A DNA stretch of 64,000 bases, taken from an uncultured Spirochaetota bacterium. Lineage in GTDB: Bacteria; Spirochaetota; UBA4802; UBA5550. The DNA lies in assembly GCA_963827275.1 (NCBI GenBank), contig CAWHAA010000005.1, positions 448,001 to 512,000 on the forward strand. The letters are read 5' to 3'. Every line of letters begins with the position of its first letter. Position 1 is the first letter of the stretch. Both the position numbers and the translations under genes were made by a program. Positions 53,867 through 64,000 of the stretch are shown piece after piece. Below the pieces are notes generated by a model. It was given only the letters and a program-made list of their open reading frames with translations. It was not told the origin of the DNA and searched no databases.

Positions 53867-53911
53867 CACGCCGGCCCCGCCGGGCGGCGCACATCACGGG
53901 AGGCATGGAAC

Positions 53912-54394
53912 ATGCGCACCACCGAGGATGAAAAATTCATGCGCCTCGCCATCGACAAGGCGCGCGAGGGCGTACGCTGCGGACAGACGCCGTTCGGCGC
54001 CTGCATCGTGTCCCCCGACGGTATCGTGCTCGCGTGTGACCACAATACCGTGTGGCACGCGACGGACATCACCGCCCACGGCGAGGTCGGCGCGATACGC
54101 TCCGCGTGCAGGGCGCTCGGGTCGATAGACCTCTCCGGCTGCACCATCTACTCGACGACGGAGCCCTGCCCCATGTGCTTCAGCGCCATCCACTGGGCGA
54201 AGATCAGGCGCATCGTGTACGGCGCGTCGATCGCGGACGCGCAGGCCGCGGGGTTCAACGAGCTTTCCATCGCCACTACCGTCATGAAGGAGACCGGGGG
54301 GAGTCCGGTCGAAGTGGAGGGAGGGTGCCTGCGCGAGGAGTGCGCCGCCCTCTTCGCCGAGTGGAAGGACTCGGGCAACGCCAGGCCCTACTAG
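53912..54394 (+). CDS. Zinc-dependent nucleoside/guanine deaminase (CDA fold)
   Basis: PFGACIV, TAHGE, EPCPMC. Confidence 0.88.
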   Translation: MRTTEDEKFMRLAIDKAREGVRCGQTPFGACIVSPDGIVLACDHNTVWHATDITAHGEVGAIRSACRALGSIDLSGCTIYSTTEPCPMCFSAIHWAKIRRIVYGASIADAQAAGFNELSIATTVMKETGGSPVEVEGGCLREECAALFAEWKDSGNARPY

Positions 54395-54431
54395 GCCGGC
54401 GCCCGGCAGTGCAAAGACGCGGGGCAGACCC

Positions 54432-55010
54432 ATGGTATACCTGATCGGCGTTGACCACCTGGTCCAGTACAGCGGCCCGGTCCCCGAGCCGCTCCGGCTG
54501 GAGTTCCAGCGCTTCCTCGTGGAGAGCGCGCGCGGTTTCGGCGCCTCCCTGATCGCCGAGGAGTTCAGCCGCGAGGCGCTCGAGGAGGTCTACCACGCGG
54601 CGATCGGCACCGCCCGGGAGGCGGCCCGGGCACTCGGCATTTCCCACCGCTACTGCGACCCGGAGGAGCCGGACATGAGGAGGCTGGGCATCCCCTATTT
54701 CACGGAGCTCGTCGACCGGGTGAAGGAGCGCCGCGGCATTTCGGACCGCTTCATCCTTGACCGGGACCTCAGGGAGAGCGTACGGCGGGAGGCGGCCGGC
54801 CTCGCGCGGTCATACTGGCCGGTGCGGGAAGCATTCTGGTACGACAGGATCGCGCCGGATACCGGCTCGAACATCCTGTTCATTTGCGGGCACGAGCATG
54901 TCCCGCGCTTCCAGTCCCTCGTCCGGGAGCGGGGGCACGGGTGCACGGTCCTTGATCCGTTCTGGCGCGGTGAGATCTTCAGTGATTACGCGAATTTTAA
55001 TCTTGATTGA
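54432..55010 (+). CDS. Hypothetical protein
   Basis: Co-oriented ORF with host codon usage; LIGVDH, IAEE, RE..W, ICGHEH suggest a metal-binding fold. Confidence 0.65.
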   Translation: MVYLIGVDHLVQYSGPVPEPLRLEFQRFLVESARGFGASLIAEEFSREALEEVYHAAIGTAREAARALGISHRYCDPEEPDMRRLGIPYFTELVDRVKERRGISDRFILDRDLRESVRREAAGLARSYWPVREAFWYDRIAPDTGSNILFICGHEHVPRFQSLVRERGHGCTVLDPFWRGEIFSDYANFNLD

Positions 55011-55053
55011 ACCGGCGCCGTTTCACATAATCAATTAAAGGAAAGGAACAGGG

Positions 55054-55500
55054 ATGAAAGCACGGACATTAAAAAAGATCTTCACGCTGTGGCCGCCGTA
55101 CAGGGGGGCCGGCATACGCGTGAAGCATATCGCTGACGACTATTCGGAAGTGATCGTCACCATGGCGCTGCACTGGTACAACAGGAATTACGTCAGCACC
55201 CATTTCGGCGGGAGCCTCTACTCGATGGTCGACCCCTTCTACATGCTGATGATCATGAATATTCTCGGGAACGATTATATCGTGTGGGACAAATCCGCCG
55301 CGATAGAGTTCGTCGCTCCGGGCAAGGGAACGGTGTCCGCGCATTTCAGGATGGGCGCCGGCCAGGTCGCGGAGATCAGGGAAAAGACCGCGGGGGGAGA
55401 GACCTTCCTGCCCGAGTACGAGGTCGATGTCATCGACGGGCAGGGGGAAGTGGTCGCAAAGGTGAAGAAAAAGCTCTACATACGCAGGAAAAACAGGTGA
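55054..55500 (+). CDS. Hot-dog fold thioesterase-like protein (DUF4442-like)
   Basis: WPPYRGAGI, NRNYVSTHFGGSLYSMVDPF, YIVWDKSA.I.F..PG. Confidence 0.82.
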   Translation: MKARTLKKIFTLWPPYRGAGIRVKHIADDYSEVIVTMALHWYNRNYVSTHFGGSLYSMVDPFYMLMIMNILGNDYIVWDKSAAIEFVAPGKGTVSAHFRMGAGQVAEIREKTAGGETFLPEYEVDVIDGQGEVVAKVKKKLYIRRKNR

Positions 55501-55533
55501 TCGTCCCGCCCTGTCAGAAGCCGGGCATCCACC

Positions 55534-56001
55534 CTACCCGGCGATGACCCAGAATTCCCCGTTGAATGCAACCGTAACCTCGCCCGGTCCGTCAGCATCA
55601 AAATAGCTGAAAATCACCTCGGGGCGGTTTTGCCTCATGAACTCCGATGCCTCGGTTTCCGAGGTAATTTCAAACGCCCACCACACGGCCAGCTCCGCGG
55701 TGCTTTCATTTATCTTGCCGTCCCAGCCGAACGGCATGTTTGTCGCGAGGGGCTCTATGCCGCTCCCCGTCGCGGGCACCGTTACAAGGATCAGGTCATC
55801 TTTTGAAAACAGGTACCTGCCCGGCCCGGCAGTGAACAGCGCGGCGCGCCGCAGGCTCATTGACCATCCGCCCGACATGTTCCCCTCTTTGCTCGTGCCG
55901 AAAGGCGTGCGGACAAACGGGTCGCCCCCTGTTTCTCTTTCAATCTCAGCCACAACATCATCCAGGCGATTACTGGCGGAGCCGGAGAGTCTCATCTGCA
56001 T
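55534..56001 (-). CDS. Hypothetical protein
   Basis: 155-codon ORF filling the gap downstream of the hemerythrin gene; no motif recognised. Confidence 0.55.
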   Translation of the reverse strand: MQMRLSGSASNRLDDVVAEIERETGGDPFVRTPFGTSKEGNMSGGWSMSLRRAALFTAGPGRYLFSKDDLILVTVPATGSGIEPLATNMPFGWDGKINESTAELAVWWAFEITSETEASEFMRQNRPEVIFSYFDADGPGEVTVAFNGEFWVIAG

Positions 56002-56080
56002 CTATCCTGCCTGATATACGTTTCGCCGCCTCACGGAAAGGACTTCCGGAACCGGCGGTGCGGGCCGCATACGGCCTGTT

Positions 56081-56488
56081 TCAGGCGACGCCCTTCCCGA
56101 TGAAGAAGTCGCGGTACTTCATGTCAGTGCCCTTGATGTGGTTGACCAGCCAGTCCTTCAGGAAGAGCATCAGCTCAAGCGAAAATGAGGCCTTCCCCTC
56201 GGAAAGGCGGGTTTTAAATTCACCCACCCGCCTGATCAGCTCCTGATGCTCGCGGCGGTGGACCTCGATCGCGGGGTACGCGAATTCCTTCATCAGGTCC
56301 TCCTCGCGCGCGAAATGCCCCTTCGTGTAATCGATCAGGCCGTCAAGAATATAGGTCATCTGTGATATCCCGATTCCCGAGACGATACCGCCATGGAGGT
56401 CGTTGATAAAACCGACCAGCCGGCGGTGATCTTCGTTGAAAATGGAAACACCGACATCCAGGGTATCGTCCCACGTCACATATGGCAT
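56081..56488 (-). CDS. Bacteriohemerythrin
   Basis: W....VG....EDH, HFAREE.LM, H...H, WL..HI...D di-iron ligands. Confidence 0.92.
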   Translation of the reverse strand: MPYVTWDDTLDVGVSIFNEDHRRLVGFINDLHGGIVSGIGISQMTYILDGLIDYTKGHFAREEDLMKEFAYPAIEVHRREHQELIRRVGEFKTRLSEGKASFSLELMLFLKDWLVNHIKGTDMKYRDFFIGKGVA

Positions 56489-56617
56489 ATCCGCATCCTC
56501 CGAGGTATCATTACATGGTATAGTTCAAGTATGTGCGCCCTTATCAGCACACTACCCGGGCACAGCGGGCCGCATACGCCCCCGCCCGGCTTAATTGAGC
56601 CCTGCAACATACACCTG

Positions 56618-57700
56618 CTACGTATTCCCCTTTGCCGCATCAACGTCGGACTGGAAGTCGAGGGACGACCGCATGAAGGTGTATCTCTCCGGCGCAGGGG
56701 GCCGGCGGACCCTGTCATCAGGCTTCAGCTCCATCGCGACGGCGCCGGCAGGGCATCCGGTGACGCAGATGCCGCAGCCGATGCAGCGTTCACGGTTGAT
56801 ATCGACCGCGTCGCCCACGGCAATCGCTTTCATGGGACACCGGTCGGCGCAGACACCGCATGCGGTGCAGCTGTCATTATCAAAGACCGGCGTATAATTG
56901 GATGATAAATACCGCCCCGGATTCGGGAGACGGGCGAGCATGCGCAGGATCCCGCAGCAGTCAGCGCAGCAGTTGCAGATGCACTCAACGTTGCGCGAAT
57001 CGCCCCCGGCCTGATGCACCAGCCCCTGCTCCCTGGCCAGCTCCAGTACCCCGAGCGCCTCCTCGCGGGTGATCCACCTGCCGAAACCCCGCTCGATGGG
57101 ATATTCCGCGTAAAAATCGAAAGCGATGCACACTTCGCTGGGCTTGCCGCATTTCGAACCGAGCGCCTTCACATGGTGATTGCACGCGCACTCGAAAAGA
57201 CCGATGCGCTCCTTGCTCATGATTATGGCGCGCACATTGTCGTACGGGAGAACGCTCTTACGGTCGGACAATTCCACCTCTACCGGCACCACGCGCAGGG
57301 CCCTCGATTTCGGGATAAAACCGCCCATGATGTAGTCCTCCATGAGCTTCGGCAATTCCGGGTCCGGGTCCTTCCGGTAGACCTGATGCTCGAAAAACCC
57401 GTGCATGAACGGCGCGGCGGCATAGAACGGCCGCCCCTCCACCATCTTCGGAAAGACATGCCCCTTTCCGCACATCCGCGCCAGCACGGCACCCGCTTCT
57501 TCCCCGGGAATGCCGAGCCGGGCGGCAATTACCTCCACCGGTTCAAGAGCGCGCGTCAACGCCAGGTAATACCGCGCCTCTTCCCCTGTAAACAGCTGGC
57601 GGAGCAGCGCAAGCTCCTTGCCGGTCCCGGTGGCATTCATCCCTATAGAGTACTGGTCAATGCGTTCCCGTAGTTTTTCATATATGTCGTCTTCTGTCAT
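56618..57700 (-). CDS. 4Fe-4S dicluster protein
   Basis: CAC, ICNCCADCC, CTACGVCADRCP, CIGCGICVTGCP. Confidence 0.85.
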   Translation of the reverse strand: MTEDDIYEKLRERIDQYSIGMNATGTGKELALLRQLFTGEEARYYLALTRALEPVEVIAARLGIPGEEAGAVLARMCGKGHVFPKMVEGRPFYAAAPFMHGFFEHQVYRKDPDPELPKLMEDYIMGGFIPKSRALRVVPVEVELSDRKSVLPYDNVRAIIMSKERIGLFECACNHHVKALGSKCGKPSEVCIAFDFYAEYPIERGFGRWITREEALGVLELAREQGLVHQAGGDSRNVECICNCCADCCGILRMLARLPNPGRYLSSNYTPVFDNDSCTACGVCADRCPMKAIAVGDAVDINRERCIGCGICVTGCPAGAVAMELKPDDRVRRPPAPERYTFMRSSLDFQSDVDAAKGNT

Positions 57701-57763
57701 TCCCCTTCCTCCCGCCGGTCTTCTTCCATTATATAATCCGCCTCGCGACGGAGTGCCGGTATG

Positions 57764-58486
57764 TCACGCAACGCCCTGCGTGCCGCCCTGGCCCCCTGCC
57801 GGGGGCCATAGTACCGAGGACGGGTCGCCGCCCTTCAGCCGCGTGTATGCCGCGGCGTAGGCAATCATGGACACCGGGATGGCGACCAGCAGTCCCACGA
57901 AGAGAAGCAACACCCCGGCAAGGAGGATAAGCGCGTTGACGAGGCCCAGGAGGAACAGCGTTCCCACAAAGCCCTTCGTGATACGCGCGCTCTCCCGGTA
58001 CGCATCGATCACGGGCAGCCCGTCGGCAACGAGATAAAACACCATGGAAAAGCGCAGCAGCGCGATGACCATGACAGCAAAGCTCACAACGCCAAGGGCG
58101 ATGGTGCAATAGGGAACGAAGCCCGTCAGGCCGCCGTTGATCGCCACGTCGATGCCGAAGCCGATCGCGGCGGGGATGCAGGCCGCCAGGACAACGCAGG
58201 CATAGAGCCAGTAGGCGCCGATGAAGCTCCCGAGCTTTTTGAACCCCTGGAACAGGTCATCGACCCTGCCCTCGTCGCCCCGCAGAATTTTCAGGACGAA
58301 AATCGCCAGGCCTCCGGTCAGCACGGGGGTCACCACCACGGCGACCGCGACATTTATCACCGGGATGGCCCCGCCGGCCGTTGTTATGACGGCGTAAATC
58401 AATATGATTCCTATCGATATGCCGGCATTTTTCTTGAAGCAGCTCCATCCGTCATTGATGCATGCGCCTATGGTCAACCGGGTCAT
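57764..58486 (-). CDS. Integral membrane protein
   Basis: Several TM helices; DLFQGF, ESARITKG, GLLVAIPV. Confidence 0.75.
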   Translation of the reverse strand: MTRLTIGACINDGWSCFKKNAGISIGIILIYAVITTAGGAIPVINVAVAVVVTPVLTGGLAIFVLKILRGDEGRVDDLFQGFKKLGSFIGAYWLYACVVLAACIPAAIGFGIDVAINGGLTGFVPYCTIALGVVSFAVMVIALLRFSMVFYLVADGLPVIDAYRESARITKGFVGTLFLLGLVNALILLAGVLLLFVGLLVAIPVSMIAYAAAYTRLKGGDPSSVLWPPAGGQGGTQGVA

Positions 58487-58674
58487 GTCAGTTGCCCCCT
58501 TATTTTAGATGTAACTACAATATATCACCGGACCTATAAATTGTCGAGAAAATTACTGGCATAACTACTCCCGGCAGGGGACCATATATTATGTTTGACG
58601 AATACCCCGCCGGGGAGTAGAAAAAGCATAGATGCCGGCAATGCCGCATAGTTTTTTCACCGAGGACAGGCGCC

Positions 58675-59862
58675 ATGAAAATTTTTTCCCCAGCTATTGT
58701 CACACTACTGGCCGCGCTTTTCATTTCAGCCGCCGTGCATGCGAACGACACCGTGTCGGTGCTCTATTTCGACAACAGTGCCAGGAACCAGGAATACGCA
58801 TGGCTCTCCAAGGGGATCGCCGACATGCTCATCTCTGACATCGCGGGCCGCGGCGCGGTCGATGTCATTGAAAGGGAAAACCTTAAAAAGGTGCTCGACG
58901 AGCAGCAGCTCTCGCTCTCCGGACTTGTTGACGACAAAAAGGCCCTCGAGCTCGGGAAGCTGTTAAGCGCGGGCAGGCTCATCTACGGCTCCTTCATCAT
59001 AAAGGGCAACGCCCTGATCATCAACGGAAAGCTCACCGAGACGCAGACGGGGAAGATTACCGCCGCCTTCACATCGCAGGGCACCGTCAATGGCCTCCTC
59101 GCGGTGAAAGATGACTTTTCAATCAAGGTGCGGAAGGCCCTCGGTATCGAAATAACCGGATCGCCCGGGACGGAGCGGGCAACGCCCCTCCAGGCGATAA
59201 AAAACTACTACCAGGGCCTTGACCTGCTGGACAGGGGAGCGGTGGATGACGCGCGAAAAAAATTCGAGGAGGCCAGCACCATAGACCCCTATTATCTGAA
59301 GCCGTACCAGGGGATCGAGGAGTCGTATAAATACCTGAAAGATTTCATCAAGATGCGCCACCAGAGGGAAATCGCCGTCCTGTACGACAATATAGCGAAG
59401 ATCCAGGCCCGTCTGAAGGAGAGCCCGTGGCGCACCTTTGCCGACATCGTGAACGACCCCCGGTATGCGAAACTGCGCCAGCAGGACGAGGCGCGCTATA
59501 ACCGGGAGGTGTACGCCTACTACCAGGGCGAAACGCCCGCGGTATGCACCTGGAATTTACAGAACAACCTCTTCGAGCTCGCCGACCTGTACGAGGAGCA
59601 CTTCAACGACAGGGCCAGGGCCGATGCCCTCAACAAAGAGGTGATCTCCGTCACGGAAAAGTCGAGGAAGCTTTTCGCCAGGGACCCTTTCCTCCCGGAG
59701 ATACTCTACGCGGGCCTCCGCGCGGGCGTCTATTTCGAGGACTGGAAGGACGTCAAGAAGCGGTGCGAGGAGCTGATGTCGGGCTATCCCGACTACCGCA
59801 TGATGTGGGCCATCGAGGATTTCTACAAGCGCGCGCTCGAGAAGCTCTCTGACAAGAAGTGA
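58675..59862 (+). CDS. Secreted CsgG/FlgO-like domain plus TPR-like protein
   Basis: Signal peptide; VLYFDN, VIERENLKKVLDEQQLSLSGLVD..ALELGKLL.A; helical YYQGL...A...F..A..IDP. Confidence 0.75.
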   Translation: MKIFSPAIVTLLAALFISAAVHANDTVSVLYFDNSARNQEYAWLSKGIADMLISDIAGRGAVDVIERENLKKVLDEQQLSLSGLVDDKKALELGKLLSAGRLIYGSFIIKGNALIINGKLTETQTGKITAAFTSQGTVNGLLAVKDDFSIKVRKALGIEITGSPGTERATPLQAIKNYYQGLDLLDRGAVDDARKKFEEASTIDPYYLKPYQGIEESYKYLKDFIKMRHQREIAVLYDNIAKIQARLKESPWRTFADIVNDPRYAKLRQQDEARYNREVYAYYQGETPAVCTWNLQNNLFELADLYEEHFNDRARADALNKEVISVTEKSRKLFARDPFLPEILYAGLRAGVYFEDWKDVKKRCEELMSGYPDYRMMWAIEDFYKRALEKLSDKK

Positions 59863-59883
59863 GGGACTGGCCCGCGCCCCGCG

Positions 59884-61191
59884 TTACAGCTTGAGGATGT
59901 ACCTGGCGCCCCTCATGATGCGGTTCAGCGCGCTGCCGCTAAGGGAGATGGCGCCGCGCGGACAGTATGATTCGCAGCAATAGCAGCGTATGCAGGCCCC
60001 GTAATCGATGACCGGCAGCCGATCCCCGTCGTAGCTGATCGCCTTCACGGCGCACGCGTCCACGCAGGCGTCGCACCGCGTGCACGCGCCGCGGTCGACA
60101 ACCGGCGTCATAATGAAGGCGTCGAAGACATAGTCATCGAGCGTGCGCAGGAACCCCTCTTTCCCCCGGGTATCAGGAAGCCTGGCATAGGGCACCGAGG
60201 GGAGCGCGCCCCTGACGGTAATGTCGCCGGGGGAAACGAGTCCCCGCGCGATCGCCTCACGCACGGCCGGCACCCATTCCGGGTCGAAGCCGATCATCCG
60301 GCACGCGGTCACGTCAAGCGCGGGCCCTGAGGTTGAGGCCAGGATAACGCCGGTGAAGCGCGGCTCGCCGTTTGCCGCGGGCCCGTCCCTGTCCAGTCCC
60401 ATGACCGCGTCCATTACCGTGAGCCCGGGCGCGACCGCCTCGTACACGTCCACCAGCGGCTTGCCCCAGTACTCCTGGTAATCATGCCGGTGCTGGAACG
60501 GCTTGTGATACAACTGCTTCGACCCTCCGACGACGCACCCGTACATGTTCTTGATCGCGCCCGAGTACCGCGCCAGGCGGTGGAGCTTCAGCTTCGGCAG
60601 GTTGACCACCAGGTCATGCCCGAACACCGCTTCGGTGACATAGAAAGGATTAAGGTGCAAACCCGACGTTATCTTCCTGAGGCGTGTTGTCTCGAACGGG
60701 AGAAGGGACGCGCCGTACCGTTTTGCAACGGCGGCGATCCCGGAGGTGACCAGCGCCCCGGCCGTGCCGCCGCCCTGGTAAAATGCGGATGAATCGCCGA
60801 TGCTGATGCGGCAGTCATGCTCGGAAAAGAACCTGCACACAGCCTCCACCACTGATGGGTGCGTCGTGGTTGCCTGCCCGGGGGTGTTCTGCCCGATGAG
60901 GTTCGGCTTCAATAAAACCCGCTTCCCCGCCGGCGGCCTGAACCGCACCGCCCCGAGGGCCTTCACGACAGCGCGGTACACCTCGCCGTGATCGTAGGAA
61001 CCGCACGGCTCGACCGCAACCTCGTCGCGGGACGTCGTTTCCCGCATCTTTTTTTTCAGCGGGTGTATTTTTTTCCCCGGCGCGGCAACCGGCATATGGC
61101 CCCCCTTCCCGAACGTCCCTGCCACGAACAGCAGGAACGCCGCGAAAACCAGAGAGAATCTCCCGATAAAATCCCTGCGCGATAATGGCAT
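59884..61191 (-). CDS. DUF362-domain protein with C-terminal 4Fe-4S dicluster (start uncertain)
   Basis: VLLKPN, TTHP, IGDS, NLPKLKLH, GAIKNMYG, CTRCDACVDAC, CIRCYCCESYCP. Confidence 0.82.
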   Translation of the reverse strand: MPLSRRDFIGRFSLVFAAFLLFVAGTFGKGGHMPVAAPGKKIHPLKKKMRETTSRDEVAVEPCGSYDHGEVYRAVVKALGAVRFRPPAGKRVLLKPNLIGQNTPGQATTTHPSVVEAVCRFFSEHDCRISIGDSSAFYQGGGTAGALVTSGIAAVAKRYGASLLPFETTRLRKITSGLHLNPFYVTEAVFGHDLVVNLPKLKLHRLARYSGAIKNMYGCVVGGSKQLYHKPFQHRHDYQEYWGKPLVDVYEAVAPGLTVMDAVMGLDRDGPAANGEPRFTGVILASTSGPALDVTACRMIGFDPEWVPAVREAIARGLVSPGDITVRGALPSVPYARLPDTRGKEGFLRTLDDYVFDAFIMTPVVDRGACTRCDACVDACAVKAISYDGDRLPVIDYGACIRCYCCESYCPRGAISLSGSALNRIMRGARYILKL

Positions 61192-61539
61192 GGCGCAGCC
61201 CCCGTCACGGTTTCTCCCGGCCGCCCGTTATCCTGTCAATTGCGTCATCGATGATCATCCGGGACTCGGCGGCCTGGTCCCGCCCCTCGCGGTATGGTGA
61301 TTCCATTGAGCCGACCGCGCCGGGGACAGTCGGATGCACGATATTCGGGCGCGTCAAAGGGCCGCGACGGTTACGCGCCGGCCCGGGGATCTGCGGTGAG
61401 GTATCTTTCATAGTATGAATATACTACAAAATTCATCCCTGTCATATATTTCCAGCGGTTGATCAGTATTTTTTATCGAGGCGGTGATTTCGGATCGCAA
61501 TACCCATGTTGTTCCCGCGGGGAAACTGTCCGCGGGCCG

Positions 61540-62556
61540 TCATTTTATCCGTGTATAAAAATTTGTCCGGTACGCCTTTTCCAGGTCGCGCATCTCAGTC
61601 GCCTTGCCCCAGAGCAGCAGCGTCCTGTTGCCCTCCGGCCCCATGGAGACCGGTTCCTTCCCCTTCATACAGGCATCAAGCGCCATCCTGAAGCTGTCGA
61701 GGAGCTTGCCCGGCGTATCTATCCCCTTCGGGGCCAGGTCTTCCCTGACGGAGTTGAAGATGATTTTTTCGAAATGGTCGTTGATCCGCGGCACCCCGTA
61801 GAGGCCGTCGAAATCCAGCCCGTAAAACCCGGCGATGAAACGATACGCGTTTTCCACCTCCTGGCGGTCGTCCTCGGACTGTGTCATCATCCACCCCGCT
61901 ATCGCGTTCCCGAGGAGCGTCGACGTGGTATTGAGGAGCGAGAGGTCCCACAGGTTCTGGTACAGGGCGACTTCGGATTCAAGGTCGGCATGGTATTCCA
62001 GCTCGGCGATGGACCGCGCCGCCGGGATTTTCTCGCTCATCTTCTCGTGATAATTCATCATCACGGGCAGCGACATCTTTTCGGCGTTCTCCCTCAGTCC
62101 CTCCTGTTTCTCCATCATCGGGACCGCGCTCATCTTCAGGTAGAGGCCCTCCTCGGCCATGGCCCGCGTGAAGACCAGCGCGTTCTCGGAGCTCTTTTCT
62201 ATTTCGAAAATGCGTTCGTACACCCCGCGGGTCCTGTGCAGCTCTTTCGGGAGCTGTTCGCAGGCCAGGTGATACCCCCCCGCCGCCGCCGACGCCGCCG
62301 GCACCGTCCTGATGCCCCGCACCGGCTTCTCCTTCGCAAGCGCGGCCAGAAGCGCCGAGAGGTCGGCCATCAGCGCGGTCACCTCCGGCTTCGCGTAAAA
62401 CGACAGCATGTCACGGGCCGAGTCGGCGTGGCCGCAGAGCTGACGGTACGCGTCCATAGCTTTTTCAAGCACCGCGCTGGATTCGCCCAGCCGCTCCATG
62501 TAGGCGGTCAGCCCCAGCTCATAGCCCGACAGCACCTGTTTTACCGTTTCATCCAT
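61540..62556 (-). CDS. Hypothetical helical protein
   Basis: 338-codon ORF with host codon usage; TAATG overlap with the upstream gene. Confidence 0.7.
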   Translation of the reverse strand: MDETVKQVLSGYELGLTAYMERLGESSAVLEKAMDAYRQLCGHADSARDMLSFYAKPEVTALMADLSALLAALAKEKPVRGIRTVPAASAAAGGYHLACEQLPKELHRTRGVYERIFEIEKSSENALVFTRAMAEEGLYLKMSAVPMMEKQEGLRENAEKMSLPVMMNYHEKMSEKIPAARSIAELEYHADLESEVALYQNLWDLSLLNTTSTLLGNAIAGWMMTQSEDDRQEVENAYRFIAGFYGLDFDGLYGVPRINDHFEKIIFNSVREDLAPKGIDTPGKLLDSFRMALDACMKGKEPVSMGPEGNRTLLLWGKATEMRDLEKAYRTNFYTRIK

Positions 62557-63170
62557 TACCGCAGCACCTCACTGAGCCATGGCTCCATTTTTCTGAGCCG
62601 CGCGTCATCAAACGGAAGGACCGCGCGGTAGGGCCCGTAGGACATTATTTTTTCAAAGGTGATATCAGGATCGATGCTTTTGAGATTTTCCCAGATGGCA
62701 CGGGCGTCGGCTTTTTTCCCGGATTTCCTCGCCTCGCATGCGGTCCGGTAAAAGACCAGGGCGGTGAACAGGTTCATTACCTGTTCGACGGCCTGGCGGG
62801 ACATGTTGATGATGTCATTTACCCTGTCTGAAACACCGGAAAGGGCATCGTAGAGGTCGGCGTGGCCGGTCGACTGTTTCACCGCGTCGATCCTGACCTG
62901 TTCGGCCGCGGCGCCCTTCTCGTCCCCGAACAGAATTTTTATTTTCCGGATGTTCCCGTAGCGGTCCAGCTGCTCTGCCTGCGACAGCGAGAACATATCG
63001 CCGGTTGACGCGATTTTATCAGCGTACTCAGCCGCATCCTTCGACGATGCGAGCATATCGAGATAGTGCCGGTATTCCGCTATCTGGCTCCCGTTCAGCT
63101 CCGGAGCGGATTCGCATTCAGCGAGCCGGGCTTCGAGGTACCGTTTCTGTTCATTGACAAGGTCGGTCAT
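62556..63170 (-). CDS. Hypothetical protein
   Basis: 204-codon ORF, GGAGG RBS, coupled to the downstream ORF. Confidence 0.7.
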   Translation of the reverse strand: MTDLVNEQKRYLEARLAECESAPELNGSQIAEYRHYLDMLASSKDAAEYADKIASTGDMFSLSQAEQLDRYGNIRKIKILFGDEKGAAAEQVRIDAVKQSTGHADLYDALSGVSDRVNDIINMSRQAVEQVMNLFTALVFYRTACEARKSGKKADARAIWENLKSIDPDITFEKIMSYGPYRAVLPFDDARLRKMEPWLSEVLR

Positions 63171-63318
63171 GGCGCCTCCGCGTGTCTTTTATCTGGAAGG
63201 ATAAACCGGCGTTTGTCAATAGTATTTTGCCCCGCCGCGCACCAGCACGGCGTGACGGTCCATGAAGGACCATGCACAAAAAACGGCCCCTGTCAGGGGG
63301 CCGTTTTACCGTTCAGTA

Positions 63319-63999
63319 TTAAGCGGTCTTTCTTCGCAGGATGTTTATTCCCACCACGATGCCCAGGAGCACGAACAGCGCCGCCGCGATGAGAGGGGTC
63401 GAGCGGTGCTTGATCTTCAAGAGGTAGGCGGTAAGCGCCGAATCATTGATGTGCACATTGATCTTCGCTTTAGTCGTTGCGGTTATATCGGCGCCCTTTT
63501 CATCGATCACCTGGAATTCGATATAGGCATATTTATAATTCGCGCCGCCCACGATGACCCATTTCGTCTCATCGACCTCCAGCTCTTTCATCGGGTGCTG
63601 GTTGACCGTGTACTGATAGAAGACCTCGTTGTCCCTGCCCGGATACACCCCGTACATCGTGACGAGGACCTTTGCCCGCGGCTCTATGCTTTGCACCTTG
63701 ATGGTAAACGACGGGGGAAATTCCCAGCCGAAAACGGCCCTGTCTCCCTCGTATAGCTCCCTGATCCAGTAGATGCCGGCCGAATCATACACCTTGTATT
63801 TTGAGAATTGGGAATTATTTTTTGCAAGATCATCCACCGGGTCAACATCCGGGATCTGTTGTGATTCCCCTGAAGACCCCTGGTCTCCCTGACCACCCTG
63901 GTCGCCTTGGCCGCTCTGGTTGCCGGTATCAGGAGACTGGTTTGCCTGAGTGTCATCCTGGCCTGAATCGCCCGAACCCGTCCCGCCGTTTCCTGCGCC
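63319..63999 (-). CDS. C-terminal part of a membrane-anchored protein (runs off window end)
   Basis: Frame open to the window edge; G/Q/D/S-rich linker, globular domain, final TM helix and basic tail RRKTA. Confidence 0.7.
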   Translation of the reverse strand, partial: GAGNGGTGSGDSGQDDTQANQSPDTGNQSGQGDQGGQGDQGSSGESQQIPDVDPVDDLAKNNSQFSKYKVYDSAGIYWIRELYEGDRAVFGWEFPPSFTIKVQSIEPRAKVLVTMYGVYPGRDNEVFYQYTVNQHPMKELEVDETKWVIVGGANYKYAYIEFQVIDEKGADITATTKAKINVHINDSALTAYLLKIKHRSTPLIAAALFVLLGIVVGINILRRKTA

Positions 64000-64000
64000 C

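Noticed and set aside
63840..63999. Short GACCAGGG-type repeats at the window end
   Set aside because: Explained by the low-complexity G/D/Q linker of the partial CDS

Overview
A 64-kb bacterial chromosomal window, mostly GC-rich. The membrane-anchored AraC regulators, CsgG/FlgO-like protein, lipoproteins and many 4Fe-4S proteins tentatively suggest an anaerobic or facultative spirochaete-like organism (inference only). In order it holds: housekeeping genes (gpmI 3' end, truA, purF); a surface lipoprotein with four Ig-like repeats and two DUF1566/Lcl domains; an M20 peptidase; tRNA-Trp; an AT-rich ~8-kb insertion at the tRNA 3' end; perR-bfr-katG; a giant cyclic beta-1,2-glucan synthase; a likely steroid/lipid-modifying region; and redox and hypothetical genes. 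The most striking observation is that the AT-rich insertion is two tandem, integrase-free islets (9171-11879: PIN toxin-antitoxin pair, nitroreductase, HxlR; 11880-17233: KtrB/KtrA plus KdpD/KdpE). They share homologous left ends and homologous right ends. Each right end carries a degenerate tRNA-3'-like att site overlapping a conserved antisense 21-codon ORF (MGLKLL..LLNV.IWYRKA[T/A]-stop) whose differences are largely synonymous. Four GC-rich genes (purF, M20, cgs, a beta-propeller lipoprotein) have several single-base frameshifts that look like sequencing or assembly errors. No CRISPR array, rRNA, integrase, transposase or reverse transcriptase was recognised. All calls are by eye; no database searches were run.
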